From the IMG/VR virus record IMGVR_UViG_2846893963_000001, positions 8,675 to 72,674 of that record: a stretch of 64,000 nucleotides of DNA. One strand, written 5' to 3'. Positions 46,740 through 56,181 of this stretch are shown here, one piece after another (position 1 is the first letter of the stretch; the number at the start of each line of letters is the position of its first letter). This DNA is from a virus (taxonomy: Duplodnaviria; Caudoviricetes). The notes under the pieces are model-generated. The model saw only the letters and a program-made list of their open reading frames with translations. It ran no database searches and was not told the DNA's origin. The position numbers and the translations under genes are program-made.

Positions 46740-47204
46740 TCAAAACTGCACGGGCGCCGTCATTTTCCAAGTCACCGCAAACGCGCCTTCCTCCGCCGCC
46801 GCATCCTGCGCGGGCCCCAGCCTCACCTTGCCGATGACCAGGAAATTCCGATAGGGCCGCAGGCTCTCCACGGCATTCAGCCCGGCGCGGTCCACTTCCT
46901 TCAGCCGCTCTTCCATCCACGCCTGCAACATCCGTATTTCATCCGCCGTCCGGTCATTGGCGTCCAAATGCAGCTCCACGGATATTCCGGCGTGATACGT
47001 ACAGTACCCGGCCACAATTTCCTCCATTTCCGCCGCCTGGAACAACGCATATTCCTTCCCTTCCCGGTCTTCGTCCACCGCCATCTTCAACGGCACCGGG
47101 AACCCGTCCGGAATCCCCCGTTCCGTGTTCCCCCTGTCTTCCTGAAAACGCGCCTCCAGGCACGCAATCACCGCCTTAATCAAACAATCTGCCTGTGTCA
47201 TCAT
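46740..47204 (-). CDS. Tail terminator-like protein
   Basis: Synteny (neck, terminator, tube). Confidence 0.55.
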   Translation of the reverse strand: MMTQADCLIKAVIACLEARFQEDRGNTERGIPDGFPVPLKMAVDEDREGKEYALFQAAEMEEIVAGYCTYHAGISVELHLDANDRTADEIRMLQAWMEERLKEVDRAGLNAVESLRPYRNFLVIGKVRLGPAQDAAAEEGAFAVTWKMTAPVQF

Positions 47205-47977
47205 GAATTAAGTTCCTTTCTCAATTTGGCCATATACTTCCTCATAACAATCAACATATCCTTCCCCGCCGCATCCAGGGCATACGATGCCAAGCGGGCC
47301 ATCTGACCCCGATCCGGATATTGAGGGCAATTCTCCATTTCAAAACGCACCCGGCAACCCTTCACTGTCAGAGACGCCGCGCCGTCATAATAGGAGGCGT
47401 GCCGCGCGATCCACGCGGGCACCTTCTTCAGCCCGGCCACCTGCGCGCCCCGCAGCCACCCGGCCGCCATCCTCCCCACGTGCCGCCGCCGCTCCGCCAA
47501 AGCCCTTCGCACGTCTCCCGCCTGCGCCACTCCCGGAGACATCAGGCCGCCGCCCTTCAGCACGCGCACGCTGCTTTTCCGGCCCATTTTCAGCAGGGTA
47601 TGGCTCCGCAAAAACGCATCCGCGGAAACGGTGGCCATGCCCTTAAACTTTTTCCCGCGCACCCCCAGCAACACCCCGCCGCGCTTCTTCCGGGGGTAAG
47701 CATAGGGCACCGGCCTTCCATCCTCACCGCGCTTCATCCTCACATCCGTTTCCAACGGATCCCCGCCAATATCCCGCGCAATATGTTCCTCCAACGCTCT
47801 TTTTCCGTTTCCGCCATTCTTCAGGCTGTTTGGCGGCGTGGTGCGTATGGCCTTGCTCGCTGCCCGCTTGGCATATTCAAGGGTCAACTCCCGGATGCCG
47901 TCAGCCCCCACCTTCTTCACCTCCGCCAGCCTTTTCAGCACGCGGGAAATATCCACTTTATACCTGACTTGCGCCAT
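47201..47977 (-). CDS. Neck / tail-completion protein (HK97 gp10-like position)
   Basis: Very basic; A...TP motif; synteny. Confidence 0.55.
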   Translation of the reverse strand: MAQVRYKVDISRVLKRLAEVKKVGADGIRELTLEYAKRAASKAIRTTPPNSLKNGGNGKRALEEHIARDIGGDPLETDVRMKRGEDGRPVPYAYPRKKRGGVLLGVRGKKFKGMATVSADAFLRSHTLLKMGRKSSVRVLKGGGLMSPGVAQAGDVRRALAERRRHVGRMAAGWLRGAQVAGLKKVPAWIARHASYYDGAASLTVKGCRVRFEMENCPQYPDRGQMARLASYALDAAGKDMLIVMRKYMAKLRKELNS

Positions 47978-47992
47978 TCGCCACCCTTCCGG

Positions 47993-48313
47993 CTATACTT
48001 CGGACAACTCCAGCACCAGAGCCACGTCTCCGGCCCAGTCCCGCACCCGCGCAATGCGGAAGGCCCTACCGCTTCGGACCGCCACCACCTTCCGCCCGGC
48101 CGCGGGAACGCCCTTCAACGCCTTCCGACGCACGCGCAGGGACGTTTGCACCTTGCACACCCGGCCGCCAAGCTCCACCTCATACCAGCCTTCCAGCGGC
48201 GCAAAAACGCCCCGGCATTCCTGACCGTCCACCATCACGCGCTCCCCCCAGGCTTCTTCCTGCTCATGATCCCCAAGGTCCAGCAATTTTTTTATTTCCC
48301 CTGCTAAACTCAT
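47993..48313 (-). CDS. Head-tail joining (head closure) protein
   Basis: About 106 aa, beta-rich, G..F.I motif; follows the capsid gene. Confidence 0.65.
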   Translation of the reverse strand: MSLAGEIKKLLDLGDHEQEEAWGERVMVDGQECRGVFAPLEGWYEVELGGRVCKVQTSLRVRRKALKGVPAAGRKVVAVRSGRAFRIARVRDWAGDVALVLELSEV

Positions 48314-48324
48314 ATCCGTTCAAT

Positions 48325-48362
48325 AAAAACCGGCGCACGGAATTGACACCCCGCGCGCCGGT
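48325..48362 (-). terminator. Possible terminator after the major capsid gene
   Basis: ACCGGCGC / GCGCCGGT stem with an A5 run on the left (U-tract on the minus strand). Confidence 0.5.
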
Positions 48363-48402
48363 CCTTTGCTCTCTTTTATCCCATGATTCCGCCAAAAAAC
48401 CG

Positions 48403-49365
48403 TCAGGCCCCTTCCTCTTCAGTCGGCCCTGTTTCTTCCCCGCCGCCGTCCTCAACGCTTTCACCTTCCGCCGCCGTCTCCGGAGCTGCGCCGGAAAGCT
48501 GTCGCAAATGGTTCTTGTTGCCCACCGCCACGCCGGCCAAAAGCTCCGCGGAAATGTAAACCGTTTCCGTTCCCTGGTCAGGCCAGCACTTCAGCAGCAG
48601 GGAAATCCCCAGCTTAGGAGATTCCACCACCTGCGTTTCCAAATTCAGCTTCGGATCAATGTTCGGAAGACGGACGGCAACGGCCAGCGCGTCCGGCCGC
48701 GTCGCAAAACCAACCCCGGCATTCCCGGCAAGCACGTTCACCCCTTCCACGTAGTGAATTCCCCCCGGAATGGAATATGCCCCGTCCGCCAGGTTAAGAG
48801 CAAGCGCATTCGTGGGAATCAGCCTGGAATAATACATCCGGTCCAAATAAACGGCATCCGCGCCATTAGTCATGGACGGCCAAATCACATCCGCCATCAT
48901 TTCCGGTTTGAACCCGGCCCGCGGGCCAATATTCACCACTTCCGCCCCGGAATCGGCTATGGCGGCCATCAGGTCCTTCCAAAACGCCTTGGCGACCGTC
49001 CGCACAAGCGTTTGCACCTTATTCGCAAGCTGCACCCCGCTTTTCCTTTCCTTATAGGACAGGCCAGCCGGACGGGAATAACGGTTCAGCGTCACGGAAA
49101 CGGAGCTGGTTTTCAGCTCGCTTTGATTCCAGTCTTCCGTATTTTTCAACGCCTCCCCGGCTCCGTCAATCACTTCCACCTTGACGGAATCGCCGTCCGT
49201 CTTGAACTCGCCGGACACGTCCAGAGAAAACCGGCTGATTGAAGCCAATTCTTCTTCCAGGGTGGCAATAGCCGCCTGTGAAACAATGGTCCAGTTCAGA
49301 GCGGCGACATCATTTCCTTCCATCACGGCATTCCGCGGAATGTTCATCAATGTTTTCTTGTTCAT
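48403..49365 (-). CDS. Major capsid protein
   Basis: 320 aa directly after the protease/scaffold; GD.VKV.. motif; synteny. Confidence 0.78.
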   Translation of the reverse strand: MNKKTLMNIPRNAVMEGNDVAALNWTIVSQAAIATLEEELASISRFSLDVSGEFKTDGDSVKVEVIDGAGEALKNTEDWNQSELKTSSVSVTLNRYSRPAGLSYKERKSGVQLANKVQTLVRTVAKAFWKDLMAAIADSGAEVVNIGPRAGFKPEMMADVIWPSMTNGADAVYLDRMYYSRLIPTNALALNLADGAYSIPGGIHYVEGVNVLAGNAGVGFATRPDALAVAVRLPNIDPKLNLETQVVESPKLGISLLLKCWPDQGTETVYISAELLAGVAVGNKNHLRQLSGAAPETAAEGESVEDGGGEETGPTEEEGA

Positions 49366-49420
49366 ATTTTATTTATGTTTGCGTTTTGTTAGTAAAAATC
49401 TATCTATGGCGGCCAAGATG

Positions 49421-50542
49421 CTATTTCCCCGGCTGCTCCGCCAGCCGCGCGGCCTCCTGCGGATGCCCCATAATCCATTCCAGCGCATCCTGCGCGGCCA
49501 TCTCCCGCAGCTTTTCGTTCGTCATGGCAGGTTCTTTCTTTCCGTGCTCTTCCGTGGCTCCCTCCGCGGGCGGCAACCCTACCGGAGCAACCCCCATAGC
49601 CGCCATTTCCCGCACAACGGCCTCCTTCACGCGTTGCTCAAATTCCCGCTCGTGCGCCTCCATCACGCGCGCCTGCTGCCCCTGCATGCCCCGGAACCCG
49701 TCATTTTCCGCCGCCAGCCTTTCGTTTTCGGCCACCAGCCGGGCAACTTCCCGTTCCAGTTCCTCCACGCTGTTTTTCCCGGCAAGCCCCACGGCGGCCA
49801 TCATGCGGCGCAATACCGTGTAATTCTGCGGCGGCCCGCCCTTCTCTTCTTCGTCAGGGTCTCCCTCTTCCCCGCCGCCGTCCTCTTCTTTCCCCGGCGC
49901 GGCCGTTTCCTTTTGGCCGGACTCCGCAGCGGACGGAGAAATAACCTCGTCACACCAGCCTTCCTTCACGGCCGTTTCCGCGTTCATCCACGTTTCCGCG
50001 TTCAGCACGGCCAGCACGTCTTCCGGGCTCTTTCCGGTACGCTCCGCGTAAATGCCTGTCACTTGCCCTTCCGCGTCCTTCAGATCCGCCGCGTAAGCCT
50101 CAATCTCTTCCACCGTCCCCACCGCGCACCCGCGCGCCCGGTGGACCATATAACGGGAATTTTCCGAAATCAGCACACGGCCCGCCGCACAGGCAATCAG
50201 CGTCGCGGCGGAAGCGGCTACCCCGTAAATTTTGGCCGTCACCTCCATCCCGCACCCCTTGATAATGTCGTAAATCCCGGACGCCTCAAACAAATTGCCG
50301 CCCATGGAATTCAGGATGACTTCAAACTTCGTGCACCCCTCCGCCTTCAACTCTTCAAGGTGCTTCGTAAATTCGTCAACCGTGGCATTGCCGTAACCGA
50401 TATAACCGGATATGGTAGCCACCCCTACCTTCTCTTCCGCCTCCATGATGCGGGAAAAGGCAAGCATGCCCGTTTTTTTCTGTTCACCGGCACCGCCTTC
50501 CAGCCGTGCCGCCATCTGCGCAAAAACAATCTTATTCATCAC
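49421..50542 (-). CDS. ClpP-like prohead protease with scaffold-like C-terminus
   Basis: LNSMGG, GVAASAATLIA, YMVH, ETWMNAETAVKEGWCD. Confidence 0.9.
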   Translation of the reverse strand: MMNKIVFAQMAARLEGGAGEQKKTGMLAFSRIMEAEEKVGVATISGYIGYGNATVDEFTKHLEELKAEGCTKFEVILNSMGGNLFEASGIYDIIKGCGMEVTAKIYGVAASAATLIACAAGRVLISENSRYMVHRARGCAVGTVEEIEAYAADLKDAEGQVTGIYAERTGKSPEDVLAVLNAETWMNAETAVKEGWCDEVISPSAAESGQKETAAPGKEEDGGGEEGDPDEEEKGGPPQNYTVLRRMMAAVGLAGKNSVEELEREVARLVAENERLAAENDGFRGMQGQQARVMEAHEREFEQRVKEAVVREMAAMGVAPVGLPPAEGATEEHGKKEPAMTNEKLREMAAQDALEWIMGHPQEAARLAEQPGK

Positions 50543-50583
50543 TTATTACTGTTCTGTACCCTTCAGGAGCTTTTTCAAAATTG

Positions 50584-52110
50584 CTATTCATGGGGATGCA
50601 AGCCATCTTCCTCTTCCCCGCCGCCCGTTCCCGGCTCTTCATCTTCCGGTTTCTCCGCCGCCGCGGCTACCCCGCCGCGGTTCGCTCCCGGAATCACCTC
50701 TTGCAGGGTCAGTCCGTTCCGGGCGCATGCCTCCTTGGCCATCTTCAAATTCCGTATCTTATTCTTCACGATTTCCTCAAATGTGCATCCGTAATTGGCC
50801 AGGCACCAGCCATCCTGATCCGCCAGCGCGGAATCCACCAGGTTAATCATCAGACTCCCTTCCCGGCCCAGGTCAATAGTCATGTCGCTCATGGGCGTCC
50901 ACAGGCACCGCACCCAATGCGGATCCCGGCACAAGCGCAGCCGTCCCAGGGCCATTTCCCGCGCCAGCATGAAACGCCACACCCGCACGCACCACATTTG
51001 CCTGTAGGCATGCCTGATTTTCAGCCAACGCTTCAGCTTCTGCATCACAAACCGGATGCCGCCGCTTCCCAGCTTGTCAGGCTCCCACAGCAACGCAGGG
51101 GAAAGCCCGATACCATAGGCAACTTCATCCATCAAATGCTTCAGCAACGCCATCACATTAGGAGACGGTCTGTTATCCGTCAGCACCTTCAAATCCCGGC
51201 CGGGCGGAAGCTGGTGGACAGTAGGCCCCCCTAACACCTGCTCCACCCTGCGCCCGTCCGGCCCCACGGACACCTTGCCCACGGTCCCCATGCCCGGCCG
51301 TTTCTCCGCGCCCCCCGTTTCCACCAGCCCAACGGAGGCGGCCAGCTTGGCAGACTGCTTGACATACCCCACAATATCCGCCTCATCATGCAAATTCCGG
51401 ATAGCGCGGTGCAAATCGGACAGGCCGCGCGGCTTTCCGCCGCCCATGTTGTGCCGGTACAAAATAGCATCACGGGCCGGAATCACCGTCACCTCCCCCT
51501 TGTCCGGATGCCGCAGCCCATAGGCCGCCGTCCTCCCGTTTTTATCCCGCATCACGCCGCAATTCCACGCCTTCCCCCCATCAGCCGGAGATTGCACCTG
51601 TGGGGCCTCGTAAAACGCGAACGCCCCGCCGTCATCCGGCCCGCTGGTCAGCACCGTCAGCATGTCGCCGTCAATCACGCGCTGCCGCTCGCTCCAAATT
51701 TGAGCCGTAAAAAAATTCAGCTCTCCGCGGGCGTCAAACAATTCCGGATTCACGGCCCGATTCATAAAAATCTGGTCCGCCTCATGGTTCCAATCTTCAT
51801 CCGCCGTGCAGGCATGGGGCACCAGCCAGCCCAGCAACTCCACCACATCCGCCACGGCCTTCCCGGCAAGCCCGGAATTCGCTTCCAGATTCCGCGCATT
51901 CCGCCAAACCCGGTCCAGCGTCCAGGAATCCACTTCAAACCGGCTGTCCAGCGTCGGCCAGTACAACACGCTGGAGCCCCCGAACTGCAACGCGGCCGCA
52001 TACCCTCCCCACATCTCCCTCCGCACCGTTTCCGGTTCCCGGTTCATCTTCACCCGCGCGCCATGACCGCGGCGCGCCCCGGCATACACCTTCCTTCTGT
52101 TCCTGCCCAT
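50584..52110 (-). CDS. Portal protein, lambda family
   Basis: ARNLEAN, DG+, CGV..D..GR..AY, RGLS, L.PG.D, W.P.....D motifs. Confidence 0.88.
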   Translation of the reverse strand: MGRNRRKVYAGARRGHGARVKMNREPETVRREMWGGYAAALQFGGSSVLYWPTLDSRFEVDSWTLDRVWRNARNLEANSGLAGKAVADVVELLGWLVPHACTADEDWNHEADQIFMNRAVNPELFDARGELNFFTAQIWSERQRVIDGDMLTVLTSGPDDGGAFAFYEAPQVQSPADGGKAWNCGVMRDKNGRTAAYGLRHPDKGEVTVIPARDAILYRHNMGGGKPRGLSDLHRAIRNLHDEADIVGYVKQSAKLAASVGLVETGGAEKRPGMGTVGKVSVGPDGRRVEQVLGGPTVHQLPPGRDLKVLTDNRPSPNVMALLKHLMDEVAYGIGLSPALLWEPDKLGSGGIRFVMQKLKRWLKIRHAYRQMWCVRVWRFMLAREMALGRLRLCRDPHWVRCLWTPMSDMTIDLGREGSLMINLVDSALADQDGWCLANYGCTFEEIVKNKIRNLKMAKEACARNGLTLQEVIPGANRGGVAAAAEKPEDEEPGTGGGEEEDGLHPHE

Positions 52111-52112
52111 GG

Positions 52113-52403
52113 TCAAAAGCGTGTTATGGTATGGTCAAACCGCACTTCCCGCACTCCGTCATCCGCGGCGGCCAGGCCGGAAAAATCCCCTTCCTCCATC
52201 TTCTTGACCGTGATCGCCTCCTGCAAGCAGGCTATATGATCCTTTAAATTCATGGTCTCCTGCGCGGTGTAGGACGTTCCGCCGCCTGTGGACGCCCCGG
52301 TTATTTCCTTGCGCCCTTCCAGAATCGCCAGCTTTTCCCGCAGCATTCCCTGCAAATCCGGCAAATCATAATTTTCCACATAAGCCTGTACAATGGGATT
52401 CAT
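52113..52403 (-). CDS. gpW-like head completion protein
   Basis: Small gene between terminase and portal; G...SYT...L...I..L pattern. Confidence 0.6.
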   Translation of the reverse strand: MNPIVQAYVENYDLPDLQGMLREKLAILEGRKEITGASTGGGTSYTAQETMNLKDHIACLQEAITVKKMEEGDFSGLAAADDGVREVRFDHTITRF

Positions 52404-52496
52404 ACCCTTCAGGAGCTTTTTCAAAACCCGCTATCATCCGCCACAACTCCCGAATGTCATTGACTTCCTTTCTCACATATCTTTCCATATATTCCC

Positions 52497-53414
52497 ATGA
52501 CGGAAGAGAATAAAGAATTCATTAATGCCTATATCTTCATGACCTATGAGAACATGATTAAAACATTGGAAAATAGGCGTCTTAAACTCCTTGACCCAGA
52601 AAAATGCAATGATCCATTCGAATTGACGCCAGCCTCGCCAACAATTTCAGAAGACGGGGATACCTCTTTCGATAGCAATTATTTGCGTAAGGAAAACGGC
52701 TTCCTGAGTTTTACCAAAACCTATAACCCCCCCTCCATGTGGGCACACTATGCTGATAACCATAAAGGATGTTGCGTGCATTTCAGATTCCCTGCTCTCC
52801 CGGAACAAAATAGTTGTGAAAGAAACTTGGGGGTTCCAGAATTTCCTATCTATACATATAGAAAATTGCTTGTAGAGCATGAAGGAAAATCCCTTTTCCC
52901 AATAACACAAGAAACAATTAATCATACTATAATAACACAAGAAACAACTAATCATACTATACTATGGGATGTTCTCTATTTAGAAAAACGTCTCGGATTA
53001 AATGAAATTTCATCAGTGTATAATAAATTCGGGAACCAAGAAGAATTCGCAATAGATCCTGTTTTTATTACTAAAGATAAATCCTGGGAATATGAACAGG
53101 AACAACGTATTATTATCCCGAAACCATTTCCTACAGAAGCAGAAAACAATTTAATATTCGTGGGAGGATTCAATGAGTATATAAAAAGCGTCATGTTGGG
53201 GATGCACTGCCCCCATTCTGAAGAAGCGACACAATCTATCATCAATGCTCTTACTTTAGGGGAAAAAAATGGCTCAAATATCACTTATAAAGACAGGCTT
53301 ACTTACGATGATCAAATAAATGTCAGCAGGGTCAAACCAACGAGCAATACTTTTGAAGTCATTTCGGATGAACACGAAGAGCTTCTAAAATTGTTTAAAA
53401 AAAACGAAAAATAA
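52497..53414 (+). CDS. DUF2971-like protein, copy 1 (AT-rich moron)
   Basis: NDPFE, SF...PSMWAHYADNHKGCCVHF, KDKSWEYEQEQRI; contains a 30-bp tandem duplication at 52901-52960. Confidence 0.8.
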   Translation: MTEENKEFINAYIFMTYENMIKTLENRRLKLLDPEKCNDPFELTPASPTISEDGDTSFDSNYLRKENGFLSFTKTYNPPSMWAHYADNHKGCCVHFRFPALPEQNSCERNLGVPEFPIYTYRKLLVEHEGKSLFPITQETINHTIITQETTNHTILWDVLYLEKRLGLNEISSVYNKFGNQEEFAIDPVFITKDKSWEYEQEQRIIIPKPFPTEAENNLIFVGGFNEYIKSVMLGMHCPHSEEATQSIINALTLGEKNGSNITYKDRLTYDDQINVSRVKPTSNTFEVISDEHEELLKLFKKNEK

Positions 53415-53483
53415 CACTTTTTTTAAATCAACCCCCAATTAAACATCATCTGTAACAGACCAATCGCCTGATTAGGAATCCCC

Positions 53484-54335
53484 ATGACGAAAGAGAATAA
53501 AGAATTCATTGATGCCTATATCTTCATGACCTATGAAAACATGCTCAAGGTGTTTGAAAATGAAAAACTAAAAGTGATTCTACAGGAAGAATGCAACGAC
53601 CCAACAGAATTTATTCTTCAACATCAAACTTCGCCTAATCGCGCTAACCTGAATTATGGATTTTTAAGTTTTTCCAAGTCCTACCATTCTTCTCCCATGT
53701 GGGGACACTATGGAGATAAGCACAGAGGCTGCTGCCTTCATTTCAGATTTCCTCATCTCAAAAATTATCAGGGAGATCTTAATTTCGGAATATCAGACAG
53801 AAAAAATGACAAATACTATGTTTTAAATTTCAAACACGACCCGCCCAGTTTTACAGATTTTTCAACCATTGACTCTAAAACAGGAGATCACCTATTCCAA
53901 TATGACCACACCTTACTATGGGAGGTCAAATACGCTGAAATGAGAGTAGTTCGAAAAATCATGTTATGCGGTTATACATCGATAAATAACGAAATTACAG
54001 CATACCGTATAGACGACTCGTTTATTACAAAAGGAAAATCATGGGAATATGAGCAGGAAATGAGAATTATCATCCCTATATATACTCCTTCATGCGTTCA
54101 TGGACGTTATTTCTTCATAGGTGGATTCAATAAATTTATAAAAAGCGTTATATTAGGATTAAAATGCAATGAATCTCCTGATACGACCCAAAAAAGAATC
54201 AATGGGCTCACCCATGAATTTTTAAGAGATAAAATGATGCCTATACACAAGGCTGAAATACATCCTATAAAATTTGATATAATATCCCCTGAACACGAAG
54301 ATTTTTTAAAAAAGCTTAAAGAAAACGGAGAATAA
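53484..54335 (+). CDS. DUF2971-like protein, copy 2
   Basis: NDPTE, SPMWGHYGDKHRGCCLHF, KGKSWEYEQEMRI; 5' end nearly identical to copy 1. Confidence 0.8.
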   Translation: MTKENKEFIDAYIFMTYENMLKVFENEKLKVILQEECNDPTEFILQHQTSPNRANLNYGFLSFSKSYHSSPMWGHYGDKHRGCCLHFRFPHLKNYQGDLNFGISDRKNDKYYVLNFKHDPPSFTDFSTIDSKTGDHLFQYDHTLLWEVKYAEMRVVRKIMLCGYTSINNEITAYRIDDSFITKGKSWEYEQEMRIIIPIYTPSCVHGRYFFIGGFNKFIKSVILGLKCNESPDTTQKRINGLTHEFLRDKMMPIHKAEIHPIKFDIISPEHEDFLKKLKENGE

Positions 54336-54341
54336 CATTCT

Positions 54342-54458
54342 TTAAAAATTAAACTCCATTTGCACATCATCCGTAACAGACTGCTCCACCTGTTCCAGCA
54401 CATCCTAAAAAGCCGCCTTCAGCCTCTCCAGCACGTCATTCTTCCGGTACTCCTTCAT
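54342..54458 (-). pseudogene. Small ORF interrupted by an in-frame TAG
   Basis: RBS GAAAGGAAG; MKEYRKNDVLERLKAAF*DVLEQVEQSVTDDVQMEFNF; TAG at 54405-54407. Confidence 0.4.
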
Positions 54459-56181
54459 TCTGCTTCCTTTCTTCAATCGCGTTCATTTCTTCCGCGTAAA
54501 AATCCCCGCGCCGCACCCACCAGGACACCTGCCCGATTTTTACGCAGTCTCCATAATGGTCATTCGGCAGCTTCCGCCATTGCGCCAGGCCGCCGCCCCT
54601 TGGCTTCTCAAGCTGCTGCCCGGACAATCCGGCCAGCAAATCCTGATCCGCATCTTCCGGCAAATGCAGGGCCGGAGCCGCCCCTTTCTGGATGCGCCCC
54701 GCGTAAAGCTCCATTTTGGCGGTGCGGTCCACGTACAAATAAAGCTCCAGCCCCGGATGCGACTTCACTTCACTCACATTCCAGCTTCCGAAATTCGCGC
54801 CGCTCCCCTTCGTAGGCCATAGCTTGCCGTAATACTTATAACACTCGTCATAAACCTTCTGCGCCCAATCCCCGGAATCAATCAGCCCAAAATCAGGACG
54901 CACCCCGCCCCACTCCAGGCTTTCAAAATGGGCCCCTATGCCCGGCGTCGCGTCCGTCGTGCTGATGCCCAGCAGGGTCCCCCAATCAACCACCCATGTT
55001 TCCCCGCCGCGCCCTATCGCCTGCGCCACCCAGTGAGTTTGATTCTGGCCGGGGTCATAGGCCACTACCATATAATAATAATGCCGCGGCAACTCTCCGC
55101 GCCGGCACACACCGCGCAGCCCCCGCACACTGTCATCCCCCACCTTGATTTCATACTGCGTAAACGGCAACGCCTCCCAGCCGTTCCGGAAATTGTGCAG
55201 GGCCACCTGCCGGAACAGGTCATTTTGAGCCACGATGAACTTCCGCGCCATCTGCCCCCATGTCACAAACGGGGAATAAAGGGAATTCAGGTGATACCCC
55301 CGCCGCGCGCGGGAGGCGTTCGGATTCGTCGGCCGCCACTCCCCCTTTTCCATCATCCCAATCTTCTCCCAATCCTCCACCCGGCCCTCGCAATGCGGGC
55401 ACACGTAAAACGTATGATCCTGCACCCAATCCGCCAGCGCATCCCCTTCCAGATCCTCCCGCCTTTCCCATTGCACCGTATTCCGGCTAAACTCCAGGGG
55501 CATCATTTCCCCGCAGCGCGGACACGGCACATAAAACTTCCTCATGTCCGTGGTAATAAAATTCTGCCAAAAATAAGAATCTTCGGAAGAAGGCGTGGAC
55601 GCATGCAGAATCTGATACCGGTGAAAGCCCTTCGCGCGCTCTTCAATCAGGTCCACCGGGTGCGCTTCTTCCTTATTCTCATGCTTATACTTCGCTTCCT
55701 CGTCCATCACGCAGCGCATAATGGGCCTGCTGGACAAATTGCCCGGCTCCGACACCCCAACCATGTAAAGCTCCATGGAATCCAGGCGCATTTCCGCCGC
55801 CGTGAAGGCGTCAGGGTCACGCCGCTTATGCCGCGCCAGCACATCATTCTTGGATATAAGCGGCTGGAGCCGCGCCCGTGAAAACGACCTGGCAAGAATT
55901 TCCGTAGGCAACGCCCACAACATGGGCGCGGGGTCATTGTCAATAAAATACGCTGCCGCAATCAACAGCGAAACCGTCTTGCCGGACTGCGTGCCGAAGC
56001 ACCAGTAAATATGCTGCAACCCCTCTTCCCTGATACTTTCCAGCGGCTCCCTCATATACGGCATGCGCGCCGTGGAAAACCGCCCCGGCGCGTTCGGTGA
56101 AGTCTCCCGCGGCAAGACCAGGCATCTTTCCGCCCACTCCACCACGCCCGGCTTCTCATGAATCTTCAACTTGCTAAACAT
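54436..56181 (-). CDS. terL: Terminase large subunit, lambda gpA family
   Basis: PYMREP, TQSGKT Walker A, MDEEAKY Walker B, STP, CPRCG/CPHC Zn motifs. Confidence 0.93.
   Translation of the reverse strand: MFSKLKIHEKPGVVEWAERCLVLPRETSPNAPGRFSTARMPYMREPLESIREEGLQHIYWCFGTQSGKTVSLLIAAAYFIDNDPAPMLWALPTEILARSFSRARLQPLISKNDVLARHKRRDPDAFTAAEMRLDSMELYMVGVSEPGNLSSRPIMRCVMDEEAKYKHENKEEAHPVDLIEERAKGFHRYQILHASTPSSEDSYFWQNFITTDMRKFYVPCPRCGEMMPLEFSRNTVQWERREDLEGDALADWVQDHTFYVCPHCEGRVEDWEKIGMMEKGEWRPTNPNASRARRGYHLNSLYSPFVTWGQMARKFIVAQNDLFRQVALHNFRNGWEALPFTQYEIKVGDDSVRGLRGVCRRGELPRHYYYMVVAYDPGQNQTHWVAQAIGRGGETWVVDWGTLLGISTTDATPGIGAHFESLEWGGVRPDFGLIDSGDWAQKVYDECYKYYGKLWPTKGSGANFGSWNVSEVKSHPGLELYLYVDRTAKMELYAGRIQKGAAPALHLPEDADQDLLAGLSGQQLEKPRGGGLAQWRKLPNDHYGDCVKIGQVSWWVRRGDFYAEEMNAIEERKQNEGVPEE

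Noticed and set aside
27372-52426. CRISPR array reading of the 719-bp or 24-bp repeats
   Set aside because: Spacing is 719 bp or several kb and the repeats overlap genes; no repeat-spacer periodicity.
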